Shown here one piece after another: positions 27,196 to 36,627 of a stretch of 64,000 nucleotides of DNA. The stretch comes from Candidatus Levybacteria bacterium RIFCSPHIGHO2_02_FULL_40_18 (lineage in GTDB: Bacteria > Patescibacteriota > Microgenomatia > Levybacterales > GWA1-39-11). Each line of letters opens with the position of its first letter. Position 1 is the first letter of the stretch. The translations under genes and the position numbers were made by a program. The DNA is taken from the NCBI GenBank assembly GCA_001782235.1, contig MFOC01000007.1, positions 86,799 to 150,798 on the forward strand, read 5' to 3'. The notes below the pieces were generated by a model that made no database searches, was not told the DNA's origin, and saw nothing but the letters and a program-made list of their open reading frames with translations.

Positions 27196-28539
27196 CTATT
27201 TCTGAGAGGCCATGTCCATACCCATATCCGCCACAGCCATAAGAAGAAACAGAAGACCTAGCAGTCCTATCCCGCCAATTGTTTTTGCCTTTTTGATGGC
27301 GGCTTCTCTCTTTAATTTTTTTTCAGCTTTTTGTTCCGGAGAATCTTTAGGATCATCCTGCAATTCATGAAAAATAGCATTTACAGCTGTTTCAAGATTA
27401 CCGCTTTTTAATGCATTTTTTACTTCTCTTGCGGTTTTAGTGTCTACTTGTGCAGTGCGGACCTTTTCAAGATAAATTTGCATGCCCTGGTCCTGCCTTA
27501 GGTAGTCTGAAGCTTTTTCATAAAAAGATACATATTCTCTTTCCAATGCAAGCTCTCGTTCTAACTGTTTTCTCGTTTCTCCATCAAGATTTCCACTATT
27601 TAAGCTCTTCTGAATTTCTTGTACTCTACTTGAAGCTCTTGTAGAGAGCGTATCAAGATCCAAGTTCTGCATAATTTTTGCAGCGGTTTCTGGGTCAAGC
27701 AAATTTCTACCTGCGAGCGAATCTAAAAACTCTTGTTTTTGAGCTGGATCTTCAATAGTGCGTTCAGCAAACCCCCGCATGTCTTCTGTGGTTATAATTT
27801 CTGTTTCATCCGCAGCTTTTTTGCTGAGAGCATTTATATTATTTGAGTCTTTTCCTTCAAGCGCTTGTTCTCCTCCTTGGAGCACATCTATATGCAACTG
27901 GAGTAGCTCCCTTTGCCCGGGGGGCATGCGTGCCATTATTACAGAAGCAGCATCCGGGTTAGAAGTTAAAATTGATTGTTGGATTTGCTCTCGCGTTAAA
28001 GTTTCTGGGACTTGTACATTTTCATTTTCAGGATCCTGCAAGAAACAGGAAAATTTTCCATCTGCAGTTACCTCAAGGCTTTTTACAGTCATTACCTTAC
28101 CGTCTTTTGTATATTTCAAAGGGTCACTGGATTTAAATGTTAGTGCCTCACCTGTATGAGTGCCATCGCTCAAGGTTTCTATTTGCCACATTCCAAAGAG
28201 TAGATTTTTACCCTTATCAGTTTCGAGCAAATTGATTCTTTCCTGCTCTGTCAAGCCCTCGACTTCTTGAGCTGCTTGCCTCATTTCCCTGTAGACCGAG
28301 CGGCTTCCCACAGTCCCTATCTCTCTTATTTGAGTTTGCCTGGAGACTTCTCTTTCTGAAGTTCTTGATTCCTCTTGTTCAAGAGATGAGTCCTGGCGAG
28401 AAGGAGTATCTCGCTGCACTGGTGGCGGCACTACAGCTGTTGCTTCAGGGGTCGCACCTTCTATTGCGTCTGGTCCCATAAACTTATCATACTTGAAAAA
28501 ACAAGCTGCTTCAAGTAATAATAGTGATATATGGTTCAA
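27196..28539 (-). CDS. hypothetical charged/coiled-coil protein with C-terminal TM anchor
   Basis: Glu/Gln-rich, C-terminal IGGIGLLGLLFLLMAV. A hairpin terminator follows at about 27135-27165. Confidence 0.5.
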   Translation of the reverse strand: MNHISLLLLEAACFFKYDKFMGPDAIEGATPEATAVVPPPVQRDTPSRQDSSLEQEESRTSEREVSRQTQIREIGTVGSRSVYREMRQAAQEVEGLTEQERINLLETDKGKNLLFGMWQIETLSDGTHTGEALTFKSSDPLKYTKDGKVMTVKSLEVTADGKFSCFLQDPENENVQVPETLTREQIQQSILTSNPDAASVIMARMPPGQRELLQLHIDVLQGGEQALEGKDSNNINALSKKAADETEIITTEDMRGFAERTIEDPAQKQEFLDSLAGRNLLDPETAAKIMQNLDLDTLSTRASSRVQEIQKSLNSGNLDGETRKQLERELALEREYVSFYEKASDYLRQDQGMQIYLEKVRTAQVDTKTAREVKNALKSGNLETAVNAIFHELQDDPKDSPEQKAEKKLKREAAIKKAKTIGGIGLLGLLFLLMAVADMGMDMASQK

Positions 28540-31500
28540 TTCAATTCACATGAATTGGCAGTAGCAGGTCCTGCCACAAGACAACCGCGACAAGGGCGGA
28601 AAGAAGAGCAAGCACCCCCAGGATCGGAAACTGTTTTAAAAGTTCGGAAAAGCGCATTCTTAAGAGAAGAAACATCAGGTACTCGTGTAAGAAGCATTAG
28701 AGGACGAGAACGCGGAATCCAGTCAGAGTGGGTTTCTTTAGATGAACATATAAAAGAAGAGTATCGAATTTTTCTAAAAGACCATGCTGAAGGTTTATTA
28801 AGGCTTTACAACAACCACCAAGAAATCCTCCAAAGCGAACCTCACAGACACGATGAGGAATTATTCAACATGTTTACATCTGAGAGAAGAAACGCAGACG
28901 GTACCATTAAGAAAATAATAGATGAACAAAAAATTGAGGGCTTCTTAAAAAAACCGGAAGGATGGATGGTAACAACGCAATTACTTGAGCATCAAACCGC
29001 AATGCAATTGTTTGCGTTAGGGTTGCACGCAGCTGCTAATCCTCAGGGAGAAAGAAATGCTTTGGGTGGTAAGGTAACTATTCCACTTGGAATAGATCAG
29101 GGTATTTTAAACAGGCTTGGGAGGGAAGTGGTAGAAGGTTTAAGACTTAATGAGTTTGCTGCTACCTTTGGAGGAAGAAGAGGGGAGGCAAGAATTTTGG
29201 GCTTAATTAGGGCTCCCTGGGCAGATAATTTAAGGCGATGGCATGTAGCAGGAATAACGGGCGGTGCATCCGCTTTGGGAATAGCAGGCACCGCAATGCT
29301 TGGACCGGAGGCAATGATTGGAGCAGGTATTGCCCCATGGGCATTTCAATGGCTCCAAGCCTCAATTGGCACTGGTGTTCAGGTTGACATGAGGCAGTGT
29401 AGCGCAGCTTTTCAGGCAATAAGAACGAATCCCACAGAGGTTGAATATGTAAAAGAAGTTTTTGGAGTAGATATGCGAGATTTTGTCGATCTTGGCTATA
29501 ATCAAATCGGCCTAGCACCACATAGAGCGGTGGGAGGCAATCTTGAAACCTATACAGACGTAAACAATCTGAGAAATAATGCCGTAGGAAATATAATTAC
29601 GCGCATGGAATTCTACACCAAAATTGGTGTTCCGCTTGAGAAGCTTGATGCCTTACCCGAGCAATTTCTATATTTATATACTAACCAACAGGAGCAAACC
29701 GGAACCGAATGGCAGAGAAGAATTCAAGAAGTCTTCCTTCCGAATGCCGGAGGCATCAGAGACATAAATGGTAATAACATTGAAACTGCTCCCGGAGTTC
29801 CCAATCCGGCTTTTGACGCCAACAATTTGGATTTTGCCGGAAACATCTCAAGATACATGGATGCAAGAAGACAGATAATGGTAGGAATGGTACGGGATAT
29901 GATTCAAGAAGAAAGAAGTGCGGCGGCTTCTTTAGATCAATCAAAGCAAGCAATTACCCAAATGATAACAGAGAGAAGATCTGAAGGTTATAGACAAAGA
30001 AGAACAGAAAGACTGGGTCAAGAAAGAACAAGACTCGAAGCCTATAGAAATATTTTAGATGGGCAGACAGGTGCATTCACTATATATAACCAAACAATAA
30101 CGGAGCTTAATGAAGAGAGAACAAATCTTGCGACCGAACTTTCAAGGACTTTTGCAGGAGCATTTGGAGGAGATGTTGATGCTGCTTTAACCTCGGCCAG
30201 AAGTATTTTATCGACGCCTGGAACTACCATAACTATTAATGGAAATGTAATTGCTTCTACTCGTCAGAGATTTACAGATCTTGATGCCTGGAGGTCAACA
30301 GAGATAGCCGATATAAAAAATCACAGACCAGCACATTTAGACCCGACAGACGATGAGTATCCAGTATGGGTTCAATCAGAGAGAGAAAGAATACTTAGCG
30401 ATTATCAGAACCAGAAAGCTGATATTCAAGCAGATGTAAATATAATCAACCAGCAGATTGAAAATCTTGAGGGGTTTAGAACTAGAGTTACAGTAGCTGA
30501 AAGGCGGCTTGAGAACAACGAAGAGGGACAGCCATCAAGGATTCTCATTCAACAACTCGAGGGTTGGGAGAGGGATCGCGCTCAAATTACTGGTTGGGGC
30601 ACGCCTGCTAATGTTTTGGATAATGCGTTTTTAGCTAGCGGCGATATAGATGCGATTATGGCAAGAATTAACACTGCTAATGCTGCTACTCCCGCAAACG
30701 GTTGGCCGGAGGCAAGAAATAATGATCCGGCTTATAGAACTCGAGTTTTTCAAGCAGTTCTTGAGTCAAGAGCTCAAGTAGCAGAAGCAGCTGACACAAC
30801 AAGAGCAGCAAGACTTCCTGATTATGTCATTATAACTAACCCTGCAGTATGGAATATTAGTCAGAATGAGTTAAGACACATGACTCCTGCCGATTTAACA
30901 GCCGCACTAACAGCAAGGGCCCCGGCATTAGGGGGAATACCAATTCCAAATCCAGCTCAAATTGAAAACGCTATTCGTGAAGCACAAAATAGAATTCAAG
31001 TTAGATTAGGAGCTATCACAGAGCAAACAAGAATTACTGACGAAGCGATAGAAAACAGAAGGTTCCAAATAGAAGGCGTTAACTTTGATGATGAGATCAG
31101 ACAACTTGAAACAGCATTAACTTTGCTTAATCGACAGCCGGATATTATTGCAGGACGCCCGACTCGTGAGAATCGTGCTACATTTACCGACAGGACTGTT
31201 ATGGCAGGAGATACAACATATTCACAATCTGAAAGAGACGTAGGTTCTGTCAGGGGCTATTATGAATTTATGAATCTCCTCTTTAATTATAGAGAAAGAG
31301 GCGTAGTTGAGGGAGTGGACCGCGACGAATATTTTAGAAGAATTTCTCAAGTTTTACCACCAGCAAGATTAGGGCAATTACTAAATGAAGCTTTGGGATT
31401 GGGAGGTTCCGGAATAAATCTCAATACTGTCTTAGCAAGACTTGATGCAAGACTTGCCTCAGGACAAATAAACGACAGAGATATGGTAAGGGTTTTATTC

Positions 31501-31545
31501 AATGTAATAGAAAGAAATAGACTTGAGGCTCTTGCCCTAAGTTAA
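28531..31545 (+). CDS. giant hypothetical protein (1004 aa), island-specific
   Basis: One central hydrophobic Gly/Ala-rich stretch (AGITGGASALGIAGTAMLGPEAMIGAGIAPWAF) and extensive coiled-coil-like Gln/Asn/Arg-rich regions. No recognisable catalytic motif. Confidence 0.6.
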   Translation: MVQFNSHELAVAGPATRQPRQGRKEEQAPPGSETVLKVRKSAFLREETSGTRVRSIRGRERGIQSEWVSLDEHIKEEYRIFLKDHAEGLLRLYNNHQEILQSEPHRHDEELFNMFTSERRNADGTIKKIIDEQKIEGFLKKPEGWMVTTQLLEHQTAMQLFALGLHAAANPQGERNALGGKVTIPLGIDQGILNRLGREVVEGLRLNEFAATFGGRRGEARILGLIRAPWADNLRRWHVAGITGGASALGIAGTAMLGPEAMIGAGIAPWAFQWLQASIGTGVQVDMRQCSAAFQAIRTNPTEVEYVKEVFGVDMRDFVDLGYNQIGLAPHRAVGGNLETYTDVNNLRNNAVGNIITRMEFYTKIGVPLEKLDALPEQFLYLYTNQQEQTGTEWQRRIQEVFLPNAGGIRDINGNNIETAPGVPNPAFDANNLDFAGNISRYMDARRQIMVGMVRDMIQEERSAAASLDQSKQAITQMITERRSEGYRQRRTERLGQERTRLEAYRNILDGQTGAFTIYNQTITELNEERTNLATELSRTFAGAFGGDVDAALTSARSILSTPGTTITINGNVIASTRQRFTDLDAWRSTEIADIKNHRPAHLDPTDDEYPVWVQSERERILSDYQNQKADIQADVNIINQQIENLEGFRTRVTVAERRLENNEEGQPSRILIQQLEGWERDRAQITGWGTPANVLDNAFLASGDIDAIMARINTANAATPANGWPEARNNDPAYRTRVFQAVLESRAQVAEAADTTRAARLPDYVIITNPAVWNISQNELRHMTPADLTAALTARAPALGGIPIPNPAQIENAIREAQNRIQVRLGAITEQTRITDEAIENRRFQIEGVNFDDEIRQLETALTLLNRQPDIIAGRPTRENRATFTDRTVMAGDTTYSQSERDVGSVRGYYEFMNLLFNYRERGVVEGVDRDEYFRRISQVLPPARLGQLLNEALGLGGSGINLNTVLARLDARLASGQINDRDMVRVLFNVIERNRLEALALS

Positions 31546-31553
31546 AGTATTAT

Positions 31554-31901
31554 ATGAGTCTACAGACTAAAGATTTAATAAAAATATTACCCTTTGACGA
31601 GGCTTTTAAGAAAGAGCTTGGTGATTCCTTCGATAGCTTAGACACTGACAAAAGAAATAGTATTGAAAAGCTGCTTTGGGGAACATATTTTGCTCTTTAT
31701 GACTTTAAATTAAATGAGAACCTTTCAATTGCTCTTGCGGAAGCAAAAAAAAACAGAGAAAAGCTAGATGAGAATTTTTATTGGAGAGTGAAAGAATTGA
31801 CGGATCGGGAGATAGAACATGTAAGCGCTGAAGATATAAAAACAGCCGATTTAGAAGAAGCAAGAGATAAACTCGCAGAAATTGTAAGCCCTGATAAATG
31901 A
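31554..31901 (+). CDS. hypothetical acidic protein
   Basis: Tightly follows the giant ORF. No motif. Confidence 0.45.
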   Translation: MSLQTKDLIKILPFDEAFKKELGDSFDSLDTDKRNSIEKLLWGTYFALYDFKLNENLSIALAEAKKNREKLDENFYWRVKELTDREIEHVSAEDIKTADLEEARDKLAEIVSPDK

Positions 31902-32210
31902 CTATCTTGGGGCGAGCTGCCCTACGCCCGTGATTTGGGATATGGCGTTAAGGAAGAAAAATGAGAGAAAGATAAATATCAGACCAGCAAGCGCATAGAC
32001 TAAAGTTTTCCTAGCGCTTGATATCTTTTCAGGATCCCCTTCTGACATAACATATTTATATCCTGCATAAATTATCATAAAAACCGATACAATACCCGCA
32101 ATTACAATAAGGGCATTGATGATATTTTGAAGAACCACAGGGATACACGAAAGAGTTGCGACGCCCTCAGGGCTAACACAACTTCCCCAATCAGAAATAA
32201 TATCAAACAT
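31902..32210 (-). CDS. T4SS pilin-like protein (VirB2/TrbC-like, paralog 1)
   Basis: Two hydrophobic helices flanking the conserved YAGYKYVMSEGDPEKISSARKTLVYALAGL motif shared by four paralogs. Confidence 0.55.
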   Translation of the reverse strand: MFDIISDWGSCVSPEGVATLSCIPVVLQNIINALIVIAGIVSVFMIIYAGYKYVMSEGDPEKISSARKTLVYALAGLIFIFLSFFFLNAISQITGVGQLAPR

Positions 32211-32260
32211 ATATATATTTTATAGATAACCTAATCTTAAAATCAATAAAGAAGGTTTTG

Positions 32261-32659
32261 TTATTTGAATTCAGGGAGGGTGAGGATCTTGAGATTTCTT
32301 AGGTCTCCAAGTCCAAGAGCCTGAAGCACAACATTTATAATGACAAAAGAAAGAGCTATTATAATAAGACCTATTACTGCGGCAATTATATGATTTCTTG
32401 CATCTGCAACTTTTTGTTTGTCTCCGCCTGATGTGATCCACTGAAATGCCCCAATGACTATAAAAAGAAGTGCCGCCAAAAAGGCTATAACTATTATAAA
32501 GGCAACCAAAAACCCTACCACTTGGCCAATGGTTGTTTCAGGAGGAATAACAGTTGCGCCCGCGGGAGTTTTGACTCCGGCATCTATCGCGGCAAAAGCA
32601 GGTGCGGCAAGTGAGGAATAAGAAATTAGAGCGAAGGCACCTGATAATATCTTTCTCAT
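32261..32659 (-). CDS. T4SS pilin-like protein (paralog 2, with signal peptide)
   Basis: Signal peptide ...AAPAFAA, then ...GAFQWITSGGDKQKVADARNHIIAAVIGLIII. Confidence 0.55.
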   Translation of the reverse strand: MRKILSGAFALISYSSLAAPAFAAIDAGVKTPAGATVIPPETTIGQVVGFLVAFIIVIAFLAALLFIVIGAFQWITSGGDKQKVADARNHIIAAVIGLIIIALSFVIINVVLQALGLGDLRNLKILTLPEFK

Positions 32660-32698
32660 AAATTAATTAGAGCATGTTTCAAACCCTTTGTCAATAGT

Positions 32699-33034
32699 CT
32701 ATGGATTAACAACTGTTTTAACACCAAACGCGCCTGCTACGAGATTTACAAAGACAAGCGCCAATGACATAACTATTAATCCAAATATCGCATAGATAAC
32801 TATTCTTCTTGCTTTATCCCATTTTTGCTTGTCCCCGGACGCTTGTAGCCAATAAAAACCCCCATAAACAATATAGAATAGAGAAAGAAAAATTCCAATA
32901 ATTAGCGCTAGTTGAATGAAAAAAGATGCAATATTGCCTATTGTAAATTGAGGTCCGGTAGGAATACCGGGAGGCGCCTCAATATCAACTTGGCCTCCGC
33001 CTGAACCCGGTACTTTTAATGATAAATATCTCAT
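32699..33034 (-). CDS. T4SS pilin-like protein (paralog 3)
   Basis: ...YGGFYWLQASGDKQKWDKARRIVIYAIFGLIVM. Confidence 0.55.
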   Translation of the reverse strand: MRYLSLKVPGSGGGQVDIEAPPGIPTGPQFTIGNIASFFIQLALIIGIFLSLFYIVYGGFYWLQASGDKQKWDKARRIVIYAIFGLIVMSLALVFVNLVAGAFGVKTVVNP

Positions 33035-33171
33035 ATTAGAAATTGGTTATTAATAATTAGAAAATAGTTCAGAAATTAGAAATTAGAAATTGGTTCTTGA
33101 TTTTTAACTATTTTCTATTCTCTATTTTCCATTACCATTTTCCATTCTCCTATAACTATTTTCTAATATAT
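33035..33171. repeat. palindromic intergenic element (family copy 2)
   Basis: TAGAAATTGGTTCTTGATTTTTAACTATTTTCTATTCTCTATTTTCCATTACCATTTTCC is nearly the exact reverse complement of copy 3. Confidence 0.65.
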
Positions 33172-34569
33172 TTAGCGGGTGATTCCTGGTATTTTCAAAA
33201 TATCAACTCCTATTATCTCAAGTATAACAATTGAGAAAATGATGAACAACAATCCTACGACTGCAGAAGTTATCGTTTCCCTTGCTCCTGCGATTTTCTC
33301 TTTATCCCCTCCTGACGTTATTAATATATAGCCTGAGTAGATTATTATTATGATTGCCCCAAATCCCGCAATTGTTAATATAAATCTAAAAATTGTCTCA
33401 ATGAATCCTTTTGGAGTGACATTAATTGGTCCGATTGCCGAATTTATGGTTTTACAGTCACCAGGGCGAAGATTAATATCACCTTCCCCACTTCCACAAG
33501 GCAGTATTGCACCGGGAGCAACCTTATTTAACGCCGCAAGGTCTTTAAGAAAGGTACGATACTCCTCGCCTTTGGGATCTTGTCTATAATGCAGGGGATC
33601 ATCACATGTTCCACCTTCCTTATTATTAGCTGATGTGATTATGCATGTTGCTTCATAATATGTAAATCCACCTTTACAACCAGGTGGGTTTGGAACTGAA
33701 GGAAATACGCTGACGCTTACCCAAGCCCATGCGGTTGGGTTATCATCATCAACCTGTTCTCTTACAGTTATTGTGTATTTTCCAGCGGAAAGTTTTTGAA
33801 ACTCAATTCTTTTTCCACTCTCATTCTCGCTCGTAAAGGCAAGACATCCTCCCTGTCGGTAACCATTGTTTCCAATCATCAAAATTTGGTAGTTATTCCT
33901 TCTCCACCCTCCAGGCCTGAACGAATTATTAATGGCATTGCCTAGATTTACGGTGATTGTTGCGCCAGGTCTCAAGTCTGTACCAGGATAGATTGATAGA
34001 GAAGGATAAGTTCTATGAACATAAAAACCTCCTATTTTAATTGGTTTGTAATAGGCATCTTTTATTAGGGTTCCGATACTCAGCGCATAGACATTCCCAC
34101 CATGAAAATAGACAGTGCCACCACAGTCAGTTTTGACCTTGCTACTTCCTGCTCCGCATACCCCCTTAACAGTTACATTGCCTTTGCTATCTGATTTTAG
34201 CCCTAAGATAAAATTGTCCAATATATCTGGGCCGTTTATCCCAGGTACAAATCCTTCTTCTCTAAGACATGCGCTGTCTCCCGTACAAATTATATAACCA
34301 GACTTATCACTCTCAAGTCCATAAAAAGTAATATCAATTATTTTATCTGCTTCATCAAGACATTCAGGTCGCTCGCTTGTTGAAAATTCAACGTCTGTTC
34401 CCTCAAGAATTGTCTCAGTGGGAGAAGGACTTGTCTGACATGGATCAAGCTGGGCAAAAGCAGGAGTTTTGAAAAGTAAAAATATCGCGGCGAAGAGGAA
34501 GGACGCGGTTAATATAAGAAGCTTCTTCATATATTTATGATAGGCAGAAGGAGTAGGGGAAGTCAACAT
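33172..34569 (-). CDS. extended pilin: secreted Cys-rich ectodomain (about 380 aa) fused to C-terminal pilin-like domain (paralog 4)
   Basis: Signal peptide, more than 20 Cys in the ectodomain, C-terminal ...YSGYILITSGGDKEKIAGARETITSAVVGLLFII. Flanked by near-identical inverted repeats. Confidence 0.6.
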   Translation of the reverse strand: MLTSPTPSAYHKYMKKLLILTASFLFAAIFLLFKTPAFAQLDPCQTSPSPTETILEGTDVEFSTSERPECLDEADKIIDITFYGLESDKSGYIICTGDSACLREEGFVPGINGPDILDNFILGLKSDSKGNVTVKGVCGAGSSKVKTDCGGTVYFHGGNVYALSIGTLIKDAYYKPIKIGGFYVHRTYPSLSIYPGTDLRPGATITVNLGNAINNSFRPGGWRRNNYQILMIGNNGYRQGGCLAFTSENESGKRIEFQKLSAGKYTITVREQVDDDNPTAWAWVSVSVFPSVPNPPGCKGGFTYYEATCIITSANNKEGGTCDDPLHYRQDPKGEEYRTFLKDLAALNKVAPGAILPCGSGEGDINLRPGDCKTINSAIGPINVTPKGFIETIFRFILTIAGFGAIIIIIYSGYILITSGGDKEKIAGARETITSAVVGLLFIIFSIVILEIIGVDILKIPGITR

Positions 34570-34572
34570 CCG

Positions 34573-34723
34573 CTAGAAATTAGTTATTAATAATTAGAAA
34601 ATAGTTGTTGGAAAATGGAAATTAGTAATGGAAAATAGAGAATAGAAAATAGTTAAAAATCAAGAACCAATTTCTAGTTTCTAATTTCCGAACCATTCTC
34701 TAATTTCCCATAACTACTTTCTG
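34573..34723. repeat. palindromic intergenic element (family copy 3)
   Basis: GGAAAATGGAAATTAGTAATGGAAAATAGAGAATAGAAAATAGTTAAAAATCAAGAACCAATTTCTA, inverted relative to copy 2. Confidence 0.65.
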
Positions 34724-36040
34724 CTACTCTGTGAGTTTGTAGCCGCGGCCTTTTATGGTTTGGATAGAATTAGGATTATTGGGATCATCTTCTATTTTCT
34801 TTCGTAAGCGATAAATTATTTGATCAAGGGCTTGGTCTGTTACACCTTCTTGAGTTTTAGTGTCTTTCCAGACATTTGAGATTATTTCGTCTTTTTCACA
34901 TACCCGCCCTTGGTTTTGAAGCAAAAATCTAAGTAGTCTAAACTCCTGCGGAGAAAGAATTTCGGTTAAGTTTTGATCTCCCTTGAGGATCTCATTGCGC
35001 TCCTGATCATAAGACAATCTTGGGGAGGTGGGGGTTAAAGTTTTTAGGTATGTGTCGAACAATGGAATAACGAGTTTGCCATCACGGGTTAGTCCTGCCT
35101 TTTCTAAAAATTCATTTTTATTATTTGCTTTTATATCCTTCTTTTCTTCCGGTGTCAGGAAATTCCATATCTCTGAAAGCGCGCTCCTAACCTGTGGTTT
35201 TAACAGTAAGACTTCGGATAATCGGCTGTTGGCTGTTGGCTGTTGGCTATTGGCCAGGGTAGCTTCATAACAAATTCGTGCGAGTTTTCCGTGGCCGCCG
35301 GTCAGTTTTATAATTTCACTTTTAATTCTTTCATCAGCCGACTTTCCCGAAATTTCTTCAAGATGCTTGAATCGAAATTCTAGTCCCACCTTATCATAAA
35401 GCGAAAGATATACTATGTTACCGATTAAAAACTCAGAGAATTCGGCATAAATAGAAGATTCTAAAACCTCCTCGATTGGACGCGTTATGCCAAAAACAGC
35501 AGTAAATCTATACTTTGCGCGGTTTCGAAGAATCTTTAAGTTAAGAAAAAAGGAAGAGTCAATATTTTGTACATATTCCTCAAAACGGTCCAGCAGAAAA
35601 ACAATATTTAATTCGCATTCATTTGCAAGATAGTCTATAGCTTTTTTTAAGTTTTGAGAAAAGACCATCTCATCGGAGAATTTAAGAGCGTCTGAGAGAA
35701 ATTTATTAACAACCGACTCTTCTTCTTTTAATCTTCTTTCGCCAAAAGAGGAAGCAATAGAGATTAAGATAAATTTTAATATGTCGGAAAGGGACCTTTT
35801 GGCTACTTCTGAGAAGTCCATATAAACAAAATGATAAGAAGATTCCCTTTTACCTAAGTGGAGCTCCCGGACCGTTCTATTATAAGGAAGTAAACGAAGC
35901 GCGTTGCTTTTCCCTGTGCCCGGTAGCCCAATTACCTGACAGGATTTGCCCGATGATACGAATTCGATAATTTTGGCGATCTCAGCCTTTCTTGTTTCTT
36001 TTGGGTATAGGCTCTCAAAATGAGAAGGCTCGATAATCAT
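34724..36040 (-). CDS. AAA-type ATPase fused to C-terminal OmpR/PhoB-type winged-helix DNA-binding domain (candidate island regulator)
   Basis: Walker A GLPGTGKSNAL near the N-terminus. The C-terminal LSPQEFRLLRFLLQNQGRVCEKDEIISNVW...ALDQIIYRLRKKIEDDPNNPNSIQTIKGRGYKL matches trans_reg_C. Confidence 0.6.
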   Translation of the reverse strand: MIIEPSHFESLYPKETRKAEIAKIIEFVSSGKSCQVIGLPGTGKSNALRLLPYNRTVRELHLGKRESSYHFVYMDFSEVAKRSLSDILKFILISIASSFGERRLKEEESVVNKFLSDALKFSDEMVFSQNLKKAIDYLANECELNIVFLLDRFEEYVQNIDSSFFLNLKILRNRAKYRFTAVFGITRPIEEVLESSIYAEFSEFLIGNIVYLSLYDKVGLEFRFKHLEEISGKSADERIKSEIIKLTGGHGKLARICYEATLANSQQPTANSRLSEVLLLKPQVRSALSEIWNFLTPEEKKDIKANNKNEFLEKAGLTRDGKLVIPLFDTYLKTLTPTSPRLSYDQERNEILKGDQNLTEILSPQEFRLLRFLLQNQGRVCEKDEIISNVWKDTKTQEGVTDQALDQIIYRLRKKIEDDPNNPNSIQTIKGRGYKLTE

Positions 36041-36103
36041 AGAAAATAGAAAATAGTTATTAGAAAATAGACAATGGTTCGGAAATTAGAAAATAGAAAT
36101 TGG
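36041..36103. repeat. purine-word half-element (family copy 4, left arm)
   Basis: AGAAAATAGAAAATAGTTATTAGAAAATAGACAATGGTTCGGAAATTAGAAAATAGAAATTGG. Confidence 0.55.
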
Positions 36104-36532
36104 TTAACGATCATGGTAATTCTTCCAAGATTTCTTAAGATTCGTTAGTTGCTTACAGGAGATTATATATAAATTTATGACTTCGTTGCAAAGTTTAGGA
36201 TCGACGTATTTACTATAAACATCTATGCATACTGATAAATGATTTATCATTTCGTAACATTCACCTATCGTATCATCTATATATTTACTCCATGCTTTTT
36301 TCTGATATCTTTTGGCAAACCCCTCAGCAAGTATGGCTGGTCCTGCTTTGCAACTACGTCTCATTTGATCAACAAGATCAAACTTCTCTTCCTTCGGTAG
36401 ATTAGTAATTATTTCCTTCAATACTGTGACCATTGCCTTATATAAATTTTGGTACACCTCAAGATCTTGAAAAGTTCTGATTGGCTTTTTCTTTCTATTT
36501 TCCATTTTCAAATATCTATTACCATTTTCCAC
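36104..36532 (-). CDS. four-helix-bundle protein (23S rRNA intervening-sequence protein family)
   Basis: FQDLEVYQNLYKAMVTVLKEIITNLPKEEKFDLVDQMRRSCKAGPAILAEGFAKR matches the TIGR02436-type pattern. The first about 12 codons are read from repeat-element sequence, so the true start is probably internal. Confidence 0.55.
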   Translation of the reverse strand: MENGNRYLKMENRKKKPIRTFQDLEVYQNLYKAMVTVLKEIITNLPKEEKFDLVDQMRRSCKAGPAILAEGFAKRYQKKAWSKYIDDTIGECYEMINHLSVCIDVYSKYVDPKLCNEVINLYIISCKQLTNLKKSWKNYHDR

Positions 36533-36560
36533 TTTCCTACAACCATTTACAATTATCAGA
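36485..36560. repeat. pyrimidine-word half-element (family copy 5, right arm)
   Basis: TTTCTTTCTATTTTCCATTTTCAAATATCTATTACCATTTTCCACTTTCC, the inverted partner of copy 4 across the four-helix-bundle gene. Confidence 0.55.
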
Positions 36561-36627
36561 CTTCTGTTACGCTGCTGTTAGGTTAATATCAAGTATCCTA
36601 AGCTATATTCTTGTAAACTTGCGCCAT

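Noticed and set aside
36481-36627. Upstream extension of the 1073-aa ORF
   Set aside because: It lies inside the pyrimidine arm of a repeat element and overlaps the divergent four-helix-bundle gene. The first ATG is at 36628.
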